A stretch of 64,000 nt of DNA. Origin: Candidatus Bathyarchaeia archaeon (GTDB lineage: Archaea > Thermoproteota > Bathyarchaeia > Bathyarchaeales > Bathycorpusculaceae). A program made the position numbers and the translations under genes. The stretch lies in the NCBI GenBank assembly GCA_049970895.1, contig JBMFMB010000005.1, positions 1-64,000 on the forward strand, given 5' to 3'. Position 1 is the first letter of the stretch; each line of letters begins with the position of its first letter. Below, one piece after another: positions 9,307 through 18,288 of this stretch. Below the pieces are notes generated by a model. It saw only the letters and a program-made list of their open reading frames with translations, was not told the origin of the DNA and did no database searches.

Positions 9307-10686
9307 TTAGGCGTAAATGTATTTTTGCAACTCCCAAACTGTAACCGCGTTTTTATCATCTTTAGGTATGTGAGGCTCGTATTCACGCCACTCCTGCATC
9401 TTAAGCTCCAAATATTTTTCGGCGTTCTCCCTGCCCAAGGCTCTTATGCAAACTTCGTCGCTTCTCAACTCTTCCAAGGCTTCTCTAAGCGAACCGGGCA
9501 GAACTTTAATTTCAAGCTCTCTTCGCTTTGCCTCGCTAAGATGATAAACATTCACGTCAACTGGGTCACCGGGCTCTATTTTCCTCTTAATACCGTCTAA
9601 ACCAGCTTCAAAGATTGCGGCATACGCCAAATAAGGGTTGCAAAGCGGGTCTGGACAGCGGAACTCTATTCTGGCTTCTCTCTCCTTTCCTGGGAAATAT
9701 TCTGGCACTCGGATTAGGGCTGAACGGTTTTTCCGGCTCCATGTAATGTAGACTGGGGCTTCGTAGCCGGGCACAAGCCTCTTGTAACTGTTAACTGTTG
9801 GCGCCACAACAGCGCATAAAGCCCTTGCATGCTCAAGGATTCCGCCTATGAAGTAGCGGCATTTCTGAGATATGTGGGCGTAGCCATCCTGGTCATAGAA
9901 AAGGTTCCTTCCATTCTTCGCGTTAAAAAGTCCAAGATGGACATGCATGCCACTTCCGGGTTTTCCAAGCCAAGGTTTAGGCATGAAAGTGGCTATCCAA
10001 CCATATTTCCTATCAGCAACAGCCTTAGCCGCAAACTTATAACGCATAATATTATCCGAAGTCGCCACAGGATCTGAGTATTTGAAGGTTATCTCATTTT
10101 GGGCTGCGCCAACCTCATGATGATGCCTTTCAACCTCTATGCCCATTGTGAAAAGCGCGTTGGTTAGCTCCATCCTAAAGGATTCGGTGACATCCCTGCC
10201 CGGAGCTATGTCAAAATATCGTTGCTTATCTATGAGATGATTTTCAACGGGCTGGAAGCTGCCATCAGCCATTTTCTGCACCAAGTAAAATTCCAGTTCC
10301 GCGGCGGCTGTTGGCTCATATCCCTCAGCCCTCAATTTTTCAAGAGTTTTTTGGCAGACAAATCTCGGGTCGCCCTCAAAGCGTTTGCCTTCAGGCGTGT
10401 ATAGATCGCATATGAAGCTTACAACACTCTTTTCATAGAAGTAGTATGGACAGACCGTGAAGGTGGCTATGTCAGGCTTCATAATCATGTCGCTTTCCTC
10501 TATGCCGACCCCGCCTATCAGCGATGAGCCGTCAAAGCCGACGCCTTCAACAATGGCATTTTCCACCTCCTCAACTGGAATGGTTCTACCCTTGAAAAAG
10601 CCAAGCAGATCTGTGAAGTGCAGCAGAACATGTTCTGCGTTCTTCATAAGCCTGAAACATAACTCAACGTTTTGTTTTTGGAACAT
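9307..10686 (-). CDS. glnA: Glutamine synthetase type I
   Basis: FDGSS, ELEFY, HHEV, TFMPKP, GSGMHVH, GYEAP, NRSALIRVP, RIEFRCPDPLCNPY. Start more likely at 10686 (or 10647) than 10788. Confidence 0.9.
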   Translation of the reverse strand: MFQKQNVELCFRLMKNAEHVLLHFTDLLGFFKGRTIPVEEVENAIVEGVGFDGSSLIGGVGIEESDMIMKPDIATFTVCPYYFYEKSVVSFICDLYTPEGKRFEGDPRFVCQKTLEKLRAEGYEPTAAAELEFYLVQKMADGSFQPVENHLIDKQRYFDIAPGRDVTESFRMELTNALFTMGIEVERHHHEVGAAQNEITFKYSDPVATSDNIMRYKFAAKAVADRKYGWIATFMPKPWLGKPGSGMHVHLGLFNAKNGRNLFYDQDGYAHISQKCRYFIGGILEHARALCAVVAPTVNSYKRLVPGYEAPVYITWSRKNRSALIRVPEYFPGKEREARIEFRCPDPLCNPYLAYAAIFEAGLDGIKRKIEPGDPVDVNVYHLSEAKRRELEIKVLPGSLREALEELRSDEVCIRALGRENAEKYLELKMQEWREYEPHIPKDDKNAVTVWELQKYIYA

Positions 10687-10848
10687 CCGCCTTGATGAAC
10701 TTCGCATTGCACTGCTCCTAGATATTTTTACGGTTAAATAGGTTTTTAATAATACATATAAAAGGTTTTTCAAAGAATAAGATGACAAATGTTAAATAGC
10801 GAACAAAACAATTTTACAAGTGTAGCATAACCTAGGAGTGTATATGTA

Positions 10849-11361
10849 ATGGATGGTGCAAATGTTCGAGCATCACCCTTTAAGGAAAAAATGGAGGAAA
10901 AGCGCGTCAAAAAGGGGGAAGAATTAAACGAGGTGGACATGAAAATTTTGAGGGCTTTAACCTTTGATGCGAGGCTCTCTTCAAGGCAGTTGGCTAAGCA
11001 GTGCGGTATATCCACAAGCACAGCCTTGTCAAGAGTTAAAAGGCTGGAGGAAGAGGGCATAATAAAGGGTTATTCAGCTCTACTGGACCACGAGAGACTT
11101 GGCTACACCCTAACCGTTGTAACCGAAATAACGGTCTCAAAGGGGAGACTGCTAGAAGTTGAAAGCGAAATCGCAAAGCTCCCAAACGTCTGCTGCGTCT
11201 ACGACGTGACCGGGCTAATAGACGCCATAGTAATTGCCAAATTTAAAAACAGGGAGGAGCTCAGCAAATTTGCAAAACGCTTGCTGGCAATGCCCTACGT
11301 GGAAAGAACAAACACCCACGTAGTGCTAACAACAGTCAAAGAGGATTTCAGACTAGTCTAA
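10849..11361 (+). CDS. Lrp/AsnC family transcriptional regulator
   Basis: D-x-KIL...DARLS...LA...RVKRLEEEGIIKGY HTH plus RAM domain (VTG-x-D); divergent from glnA. Confidence 0.92.
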   Translation: MDGANVRASPFKEKMEEKRVKKGEELNEVDMKILRALTFDARLSSRQLAKQCGISTSTALSRVKRLEEEGIIKGYSALLDHERLGYTLTVVTEITVSKGRLLEVESEIAKLPNVCCVYDVTGLIDAIVIAKFKNREELSKFAKRLLAMPYVERTNTHVVLTTVKEDFRLV

Positions 11362-11424
11362 TGAACAAATATTAAAAGGAAGGTTTAATTTCACCTACAA
11401 AATAGGAATAAAGCGTAGCCAGGC

Positions 11425-11537
11425 GCGGGGGTTGCCAAGCCTGGCCAAAGGCGCAGCCCTGAGGAGAAACCCTATCAAAAAGTTTCGCGGAACGGCTGTC
11501 CCGTAGGGGTTCGTGGGTTCAAATCCCACCCCCCGCA
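11425..11537 (+). tRNA. tRNA-Leu(GAG) with 28-nt intron at canonical position 37/38
   Basis: GCGGGGG/CCCCCGC acceptor stem, CAGCC/GGCTG anticodon stem, CT-GAG-G loop, long variable arm, GTGGG-TTCAAAT-CCCAC T arm. Intron 11465-11492 has a GAAAC/GTTTC helix (relaxed BHB). Confidence 0.93.
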
Positions 11538-11583
11538 CTAATTGTGCACAAATTTCAGCTTGTTTTGGCTAAAATTTTGATTT

Positions 11584-11659
11584 TGGTAGCCCGGGGGAGA
11601 TTCGAACTCCCGTCGGCGGGTCCAAAGCCCGCTATGCTTGTCCACTACACCACCGGGCT
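11584..11659 (-). tRNA. tRNA-Gln(TTG), CCA encoded
   Basis: AGCCCGG...GCGGG-CT-TTG-GA-CCCGC...GGGAG-TTCGAAT-CTCCC-CCGGGCT-ACCA. Confidence 0.96.
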
Positions 11660-11681
11660 CCACACAGCATGAGATGTTAAT

Positions 11682-12806
11682 TTAACTCTTTGATATCTGT
11701 GTTTTGATTAAATGTTTTCTTTCCCGCCTTATTTTCAATATGTTTCTCCTAACTTTTTCAATAGTTTCTGCTGCCTCTGCCTTATCCACGCATGCGGTGG
11801 TGGTTGGGCTTAGAAGCTTCAAGATGTTTTGGCAGTTTCTGGGATTGTTCCTTTCGAGTTTTTCTATTGAGCGCATTAGGCATGTGTAGTCTATTTTCTG
11901 CTTTTCTGTTGCGGCTTTCAGCCAAGCATAATTCTCAACAATGTTTAGGGATATGCTGGTCAAGTAGTGCACTGTTTCAGCAAACTTTTTAGAGCTTATC
12001 ATTGAATTTGCCTTCAAAATTGTGCCTTGCATGAATGCCGAATTGAAATAGTAGTTTATGCCAGTCTTAATTTTGAAGTGCAGGCTTTTTAGGACTCGGG
12101 GTTTTCGCTTTATTGCGAAGTTCATTTCATCCCAAACGGCTTTGAAAAGCTTGAGTTTTTCTTCAGCCACAGCCGCATTTACCTCTTTTAGTTTTGATGT
12201 TTCCATATAGCCAGCAAAAATTCCTGGCATGCCAAGCTTTTTCGTTGCGGTTTCCACTTTCTCCAAAAATCGGCTGTTTGAAAATGGTTGGAGGGCTATT
12301 TCTAAAGGCACTCGAAGAATATTTTCCATGGCAACCATGGCGAAAATTTGAGCACTTAAGTAGTCGCCTTTTGCATGGGCTGAGGTTGCACGGCTTAGGT
12401 ATATATCTGACTCTATTATGTGGGTTTCTGTTCTCATTTCAACCCTTTCTGGCAAGCTATAGAACTTCGCCATTGAAAGTTTTGTATTTGTCAAGGTCCA
12501 GTCTCTATCGTAAAGGATTTGGACCTCGTAGAGTTTTTGGTCAAGCTTTGGGTGAATTGGGCCCTGAAGCAGATGTTTTGAAACGAAGTTTAAGTCTATG
12601 AATAGGTCGCCAACGGAAACCCTTTCCACATATTCGTCTTCCAGAGGATTGTTGCTTATGACTAGCAGGTCAATATCGCTTGATGGTTCGGCGTCTCCTC
12701 GGCTCCAGCTTCCAAATAAGCCTATTGCAGAAATGTTTTCGTTGGCAGCCATTTCCTTTACGATTTTCTCCAGTGCTTTTCGCATTTTCTCTGGAAGCTT
12801 CATCAT
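11682..12806 (-). CDS. Nucleotidyltransferase (MNT/Pol-beta fold) with helical C-terminal domain
   Basis: LFGSWSRG...SDIDLL (GS...DxD) motif. Confidence 0.8.
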   Translation of the reverse strand: MMKLPEKMRKALEKIVKEMAANENISAIGLFGSWSRGDAEPSSDIDLLVISNNPLEDEYVERVSVGDLFIDLNFVSKHLLQGPIHPKLDQKLYEVQILYDRDWTLTNTKLSMAKFYSLPERVEMRTETHIIESDIYLSRATSAHAKGDYLSAQIFAMVAMENILRVPLEIALQPFSNSRFLEKVETATKKLGMPGIFAGYMETSKLKEVNAAVAEEKLKLFKAVWDEMNFAIKRKPRVLKSLHFKIKTGINYYFNSAFMQGTILKANSMISSKKFAETVHYLTSISLNIVENYAWLKAATEKQKIDYTCLMRSIEKLERNNPRNCQNILKLLSPTTTACVDKAEAAETIEKVRRNILKIRRERKHLIKTQISKS

Positions 12807-12884
12807 TTTTGCACAGACTCTTCCGTTGAATTAGTAGCGTGCATCTTTATTCAAGATTTGTTAAGGGGATATTTTAGTTTAAAC

Positions 12885-12901
12885 CGTAAAATTTATATAT
12901 T
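12885..12901 (+). promoter_or_regulatory. Putative BRE/TATA box for tfb
   Basis: CGTAAAA-TTTATATAT about 110 nt upstream of the tfb ATG. Confidence 0.45.
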
Positions 12902-13008
12902 AAAACATTTCCTTTGGATAGAACACGCGGGGCCGGATGGCGTCTTCTACTCCTATATTGGGGAAATGAAAAGGGGACGGTTCTACGCAAAAATCGAAGC
13001 GTGAGAAA

Positions 13009-13947
13009 ATGAGTGGGAAAGAAGGTGGAACCCGTCAACGCCTAGTCGACAAGTGTCCAGAATGTGGTAGTGTAAACCTTATCCATGACTATGACACTGG
13101 AGAGACTGTCTGTGGAGAATGCGGACTGGTTCTCCACGAGCAAATGATGGATAAGGGACCGGAATGGCGAGCCTTCACACAGGAGGAGAAAGCCTCAAGA
13201 AGCCGTGTCGGAGTGCCAACATCCTACTCCGTCCACGATAAGGGATTATCAACAGCCATAAGCCAAGTTGACCGCGACGCCTTCGGGAGGAAACTTCCAC
13301 TTTCAACAAGACTGCAAATGTGGCGACTAAGAAAATGGCAGATACGCTCAAGGGTGCACTCCTCGATAGACCGAAACCTGGCACAGGCAATGGCTGAACT
13401 TGACCGCCTCTCAGACAAAGTGTATATTCCACCGCCAATCAAGGAGAAGGCGGCAGTCATATACCGCAAAGCCCTAGACAAAGGCTTAGTGCGGGGAAGA
13501 TCAATAGCAGCCATAGCTGCCGCCGCACTTTACGCAGCTTGCCGTGGAAGCGGAACCCCAAGAACTTTGAGGGAAATAGCAGAAGCCAGCCTAGTGGACA
13601 AGAAGGATGTCGCCAGATGTTATAGGCTATTGCTTCGCGAACTTGACGTGCAAATGCCCATAGCAGACCCACTAACATACATATCAAAAATCGCAGAGAA
13701 AACCGGAATTTCTGGAAAAACACAAGGACTAGCCATCCAAATTCTTCGCGAGGCAAAAATGAAGAGGGCAGCTGCTGGAAAAGACCCGATGGGGTTGGCT
13801 GCCGCAGCCCTATACATCGCATGCTTGCAAAATAACGAGAAGAAAACTCAGAAAGACATTGCTGAGGCAGCTGGAGTAACTGAAGTTACGGTTAGAAACC
13901 GTTACAAGACGCTGAAGAGGCAGCTGAACCTAGAACTGCCAGACTAG
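13009..13947 (+). CDS. tfb: Transcription initiation factor IIB (TFB)
   Basis: CPECG...CGECG zinc ribbon, GPEWRAF B-reader, two cyclin repeats, VTEVTVRNRYK. Confidence 0.98.
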   Translation: MSGKEGGTRQRLVDKCPECGSVNLIHDYDTGETVCGECGLVLHEQMMDKGPEWRAFTQEEKASRSRVGVPTSYSVHDKGLSTAISQVDRDAFGRKLPLSTRLQMWRLRKWQIRSRVHSSIDRNLAQAMAELDRLSDKVYIPPPIKEKAAVIYRKALDKGLVRGRSIAAIAAAALYAACRGSGTPRTLREIAEASLVDKKDVARCYRLLLRELDVQMPIADPLTYISKIAEKTGISGKTQGLAIQILREAKMKRAAAGKDPMGLAAAALYIACLQNNEKKTQKDIAEAAGVTEVTVRNRYKTLKRQLNLELPD

Positions 13948-13955
13948 CCCCAATT

Positions 13956-14165
13956 TTAACTTTCATTTTCTTCCTTTTCAATTTCCATAACTATTGGACC
14001 GACATACCCGCAGTCTTCACAGACATACTTTTTGGGCGTCAACCAGTAGTCAAGGCTGCTTGACAAGTGAATTCTCGGACTCCCGCATTTTGGGCAGTAT
14101 ATTTTTGACGACCCACGATGTTTCAGAGTCTTAAGTACCTCGCGCATGTTTTTTAGGATTCCCAT
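13956..14165 (-). CDS. Small zinc-ribbon protein
   Basis: CPKCGS...YVCEDCGY; directly downstream of aIF1. Confidence 0.75.
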   Translation of the reverse strand: MGILKNMREVLKTLKHRGSSKIYCPKCGSPRIHLSSSLDYWLTPKKYVCEDCGYVGPIVMEIEKEENES

Positions 14166-14189
14166 GGGCTTACACCTTATGATAGGGCA

Positions 14190-14498
14190 CTATTGAACTT
14201 CTATGTTTTCCGCTGGATATCCAAGCTTTATTAGATATTGACGAACTTTTTCACGATGGTCTCCCTGAAGGATTATTTGGCCGTTTTTGGCTGTTCCTCC
14301 ACAGGCGCAGAAGCCTTTCAGTTTTTGGGCTAGGCTCCCTAAGTCTGTGTCCTTGTCATTTATGCCCTCAACTATTGTTGTTGGTCTGCCGAACTTTCTT
14401 GTTTCAAACCTTATGCGAATTCTTTGCTGTTCTTTGCCTATCTCGCCGCAGACGCACAAATCTTTGGGAAGCCCACATATTGGACAGATATCAGCCAT
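14190..14498 (-). CDS. Translation initiation factor aIF1 (SUI1)
   Basis: MADICPICGLPKDLCVC...CACGGT...IILQGDHR. The real start is the ATG at 14498, not 14885. Confidence 0.95.
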   Translation of the reverse strand: MADICPICGLPKDLCVCGEIGKEQQRIRIRFETRKFGRPTTIVEGINDKDTDLGSLAQKLKGFCACGGTAKNGQIILQGDHREKVRQYLIKLGYPAENIEVQ

Positions 14499-14628
14499 GA
14501 CGCTCAACACTACAATGGCAACGGCTGTATATAAAATTTTCAAATTTCCGAATAAATAAAACGTACAAACTAATGAACAGCCTTTAATCTGGAAAAGCTT
14601 TAATGTTTTCACGTAGCCTTTTCGAATT

Positions 14629-15789
14629 ATGCGGGCACTTGTTATAGGCTGCGGAAGAATGGGTTCGGCGGCGACTGAAGACTTAGCAAAAAGAGTGAGC
14701 AACATCGAAGTTTTTGTCGCCGACAAAGATTCTGAAAGGGCTAAGGAAACAGCAAGAAAAATTGGAAAAAACAATATTAAATGGTTTGAGTTGGACGCTT
14801 CAAACAAGAACGAGCTTATTAACGCCTTGAAAGATTTTGATGTGGCTTTGGGCTTTTTACCACCGAAGTTTGGTTTCAGCCTCATCGAAGCATGTATTAA
14901 GGCTGGAAAGAATCTTGTGGATGTCTCTTACATGCCTGAAAACCCCTTGATGCTACACGACAAGGCTGTTGAGGCTGGCGTCACAATTGTTCCAAGCTGT
15001 GGATTGGCACCAGGCATAAGCAACATTCTTGTGGGCCATGCAGTTGCAGAACTCGACAAAACTGTTAAGGTTCACATAATGGTTGGTGGGCTTCCAGAAA
15101 CCCCAATACCGCCTTTAGGCTATGCCATTACATGGTCTCCCGAAAGCCTAATCGACGAATACACATGCAAAGCTCGAATAATTAAGGATGGCAAAATAGT
15201 CGAAGTTGAAGCCCTAGAAGGATTGGAAGAGGTGGAATTCCCAAAAATTGGAAGACTCGAGGCGTTCTATACTGATGGACTTAGAACCTTGCTTTATACC
15301 GTGAAGGGTGTTGATGAGATGTGGGAGAAAACGCTCCGCTATCCTGGGCATGCGGAAAAGGTAAGGCTTCTTAGGGATTTGGGATTTTTCAGCAATGAAG
15401 AGATCTCCATTGAGGGACATCGCGTACAGCCCAGAAAACTCACAGCAAAACTTTTCGAGAAGGTGTTGGTCAAACCAAATGTTAAAGATATTGTGGTTTT
15501 AAAAGTTGACGTCGTCGGTTTGAAGGATAGAAAGGAAACACATTACACGTATAAGCTGGTGGATTTTTACGACGAGAAAAACAGGGTAACTGCCATGGCC
15601 AGGACCACGGCATACACGGCCTCAATTGTGGCATCCTTAATTTTAAAGGGAGAAGTGCGCTTAAAAGGGGTTGTGCCTCCAGAAATGCTCGGCATGGAAG
15701 ATAGAATTTACGGGCGAATTATGGCTGAACTTAGCAGTAGAGGGATAAAAATCACTGAAGAGATACGCTCTGGGAAGTTTGCCTTATGA
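14629..15789 (+). CDS. Saccharopine dehydrogenase / lysine 6-dehydrogenase family
   Basis: GCGRMG, CGLAPG, VGGLP, WSPESLIDEY, TDGLRTL, KTLRYPGH, AMARTT. Confidence 0.88.
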   Translation: MRALVIGCGRMGSAATEDLAKRVSNIEVFVADKDSERAKETARKIGKNNIKWFELDASNKNELINALKDFDVALGFLPPKFGFSLIEACIKAGKNLVDVSYMPENPLMLHDKAVEAGVTIVPSCGLAPGISNILVGHAVAELDKTVKVHIMVGGLPETPIPPLGYAITWSPESLIDEYTCKARIIKDGKIVEVEALEGLEEVEFPKIGRLEAFYTDGLRTLLYTVKGVDEMWEKTLRYPGHAEKVRLLRDLGFFSNEEISIEGHRVQPRKLTAKLFEKVLVKPNVKDIVVLKVDVVGLKDRKETHYTYKLVDFYDEKNRVTAMARTTAYTASIVASLILKGEVRLKGVVPPEMLGMEDRIYGRIMAELSSRGIKITEEIRSGKFAL

Positions 15790-16025
15790 TACGATGCCCA
15801 TTCCGTGAGTTCTTCGCGGAGGCTCTCCCTAACCTGTTTTAGGCTCTGCCTCTTAGTCACGTACTTGTCTCCGCCCATTCTGCCTGCCCTGAAATCTTTG
15901 TCTAACTGGGCTAGTTGTTGGTCTATTTCTGCGATGCGGGCCTTATCTGGTCTATGTAAGATATTGCCCTTTCCTCTGCCATGACTTCTGATGATGTCAG
16001 CGCCATCTTTATTACGCCATCCTCT
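15784..16025 (-). pseudogene. Frameshifted 3' remnant of a coiled-coil protein gene
   Basis: Reads ...EERAISYIDQIR / ARIAEIDQQLAQLDKDFRAGRMGGDKYVTKRQSLKQVRESLREEL / GMGIVS* across two frameshifts. Confidence 0.45.
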
Positions 16026-16156
16026 ATTCGCAATATTCTGTCAGTAGCGTCACGCAGCTTTCGTGCAAAATTATTTCATGTTTAATTTAAGTTATTTTAG
16101 ACTACACAGTAGAACATGCTTTATATTTCTATTCGTTCCATTTCTATTGAAAAGTC

Positions 16157-18250
16157 ATGTCAATAACAAAAATTAGGAAAAGAGACGACCGTATAGTCGA
16201 CTTCAACCCTGAGAGAATCAAAAGTGCCATACATAAGGCTTTTGTAGCCGTCAAACTTGAGGACGGCGAAAAAGCTGAAAAATTGACAAGGGATGTTGTC
16301 AGCCTCTTAGAAGAAAGATTTGTAGAGAAAATTCCATCGGTTGAGGATGTCCAGGACGTTGTAATAGAGGTTTTGAAGAAAAGCGGTTTTGAGGAGGTTG
16401 CCTCAGAATACCAAGCCTATAGGAGGAAGAAGGAGGAGATAAGGCAGCTCAGAGAAAAGCTTGGTATCGAAGAGCCTAAGCTGACAGTTAACGCGCTTGA
16501 GGTTTTGAGGAAGCGTTACCTCCGAAGGGATGAAGCTGGAAACATAATTGAAGACCCAGCTGGAATGTTTAGGAGGGTTGCCACAGCCGTAGCGAGAGTT
16601 GACCGAAAATATGGTGAAGACCCGAAAGAGAGCGTGGAAATCTTCTACAAGATGATGGCAAGGCTTGAGTTTCTCCCGAATTCGCCGACGCTTTTCAATG
16701 CTGGAACGAAACTAGGTCAGCTATCTGCGTGCTTTGTTCTGCCAGTTGAAGATTCCCTTGACAGCATCTTCACAGCTGTTAAGAACATGGCCTTAATCGA
16801 GAAAAGCGGCGGCGGTGTTGGCTTTGACTTCTCGAGGCTTAGGCCTAAGGGCGACATAGTCATGTCCACCAAAGGAGTGGCTTCCGGGCCAGTAAGCTTC
16901 ATGCGGGTTTTTGACATCGCCACAGAGGTCATCAAGGCTGGTGGGAAAAGGCGGGGTGCCATGATGGGGATTCTACGGGTGGATCATCCGGACATCTTGG
17001 AGTTTATAACCGCTAAACAGCAGCCGGGCTTCCTATCAAACTTCAACATATCAGTTGCCATAACCGACGAGTTCATGAAAACCTTAGAGATGGATAGCGA
17101 ATACTGGTTGATAAATCCGAGAAATAAGGAGAGGACTGGCAAGCTTAAGGCTAGGGAAGTATGGGACCTAATTGCAAGGTCTGCATGGGCAAGCGGGGAC
17201 CCTGGCGTCGTGTTTATAGATGAGATTAATAGGCATAATCCCACCCCAGAGGTTGGGAGAATAGAGTCCACAAACCCATGTGGTGAACAGCCCCTATTGC
17301 CCTATGAATCATGCAATTTGGGATCGATAAATCTTTCACGCATGGTTGAGAATGGAAGAATTAACTGGGAGAAGCTTAGGGAAACCGTTAGGAACGCTGT
17401 CCACTTCCTTGACAATGTTATAGATGCCAACAAGTATCCGTTGAGGGAAATAGAGAAGGTCACGAAGGCTAATAGGAAGATAGGTCTAGGCGTTATGGGC
17501 TTTGCAGACATGCTCATCAAGCTTGGCATACCCTACAATTCTGAACAAGCCCTAGAGCTGGCGGAAAAGCTGATGAAATTCATCGATGAGGAAGCCCACA
17601 AGAAGTCTGAGGAGATTGCCGAAAAAAGGGGTTCATTTCCAAATTTTGAAAAGAGCGTTTGGAAGGACAAGTATAGGGCTATGAGAAACGCCACAGTTAC
17701 AACCATAGCCCCAACGGGAAGCATAAGCATAATTGCCGGATGCTCTTCTGGCATAGAGCCGCTTTTCGCCATATCCTTCATAAGAAACGTCCTGGATGGC
17801 ACAAGGCTTTTTGAAACAAACCCGTTGTTTGAGATGGTGGCGAAGGAGAGAGGCTTTTATGATGCTAGCCTCCTCGAGGAGATAGCGAAGACTGGTTCTG
17901 TTCAAAAGATAGATAAGGTTCCAGGAGACGTCAAAAAGGTTTTCGTGACAGCCTTAGACATTGAGCCTGAGTGGCATGTGAGGATGCAGGCGGCTTTCCA
18001 GAAGTACACGGATAATGCTGTTTCAAAAACCGTTAACATGCCCTATGAAGCGACGGTTGATGAAGTTAGGGAAGTGTTTGAGCTTGCATGGAAACTGAAG
18101 TGCAAGGGCGTAACAGTCTTCCGATATGGAAGCAAGCCTGAGCAAGTCCTATACATTGGGGAAGTGAAAACTGCTGAAAAGAGATTTATTTCGGCAGATT
18201 CAGAATATGCTGGAGGTTGCCCAACAAAAACCTGCCCATTCCCGGGTTAA
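16157..18250 (+). CDS. nrdJ: Adenosylcobalamin-dependent (class II) ribonucleotide reductase with N-terminal ATP cone
   Basis: IRKRD ATP cone, PNSPTL, LSACF, TNPCGEQ, SCNLGS, TIAPTG, C-terminal CxxxxC pair. No NrdB subunit in the window. Confidence 0.93.
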   Translation: MSITKIRKRDDRIVDFNPERIKSAIHKAFVAVKLEDGEKAEKLTRDVVSLLEERFVEKIPSVEDVQDVVIEVLKKSGFEEVASEYQAYRRKKEEIRQLREKLGIEEPKLTVNALEVLRKRYLRRDEAGNIIEDPAGMFRRVATAVARVDRKYGEDPKESVEIFYKMMARLEFLPNSPTLFNAGTKLGQLSACFVLPVEDSLDSIFTAVKNMALIEKSGGGVGFDFSRLRPKGDIVMSTKGVASGPVSFMRVFDIATEVIKAGGKRRGAMMGILRVDHPDILEFITAKQQPGFLSNFNISVAITDEFMKTLEMDSEYWLINPRNKERTGKLKAREVWDLIARSAWASGDPGVVFIDEINRHNPTPEVGRIESTNPCGEQPLLPYESCNLGSINLSRMVENGRINWEKLRETVRNAVHFLDNVIDANKYPLREIEKVTKANRKIGLGVMGFADMLIKLGIPYNSEQALELAEKLMKFIDEEAHKKSEEIAEKRGSFPNFEKSVWKDKYRAMRNATVTTIAPTGSISIIAGCSSGIEPLFAISFIRNVLDGTRLFETNPLFEMVAKERGFYDASLLEEIAKTGSVQKIDKVPGDVKKVFVTALDIEPEWHVRMQAAFQKYTDNAVSKTVNMPYEATVDEVREVFELAWKLKCKGVTVFRYGSKPEQVLYIGEVKTAEKRFISADSEYAGGCPTKTCPFPG

Positions 18251-18288
18251 ACAGACAAGGGCGTAGTTTCAGGCATAGGTGATGCCTT

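Noticed and set aside
14499-14885. N-terminal extension of aIF1 in the 231-aa ORF
   Set aside because: It is antisense to the saccharopine dehydrogenase gene and spans the promoter region; SUI1 homology starts at 14498.
16157-18250. Intein in the ribonucleotide reductase
   Set aside because: Motif spacing is continuous, the length is normal, and there are no intein splice-junction or LAGLIDADG motifs.
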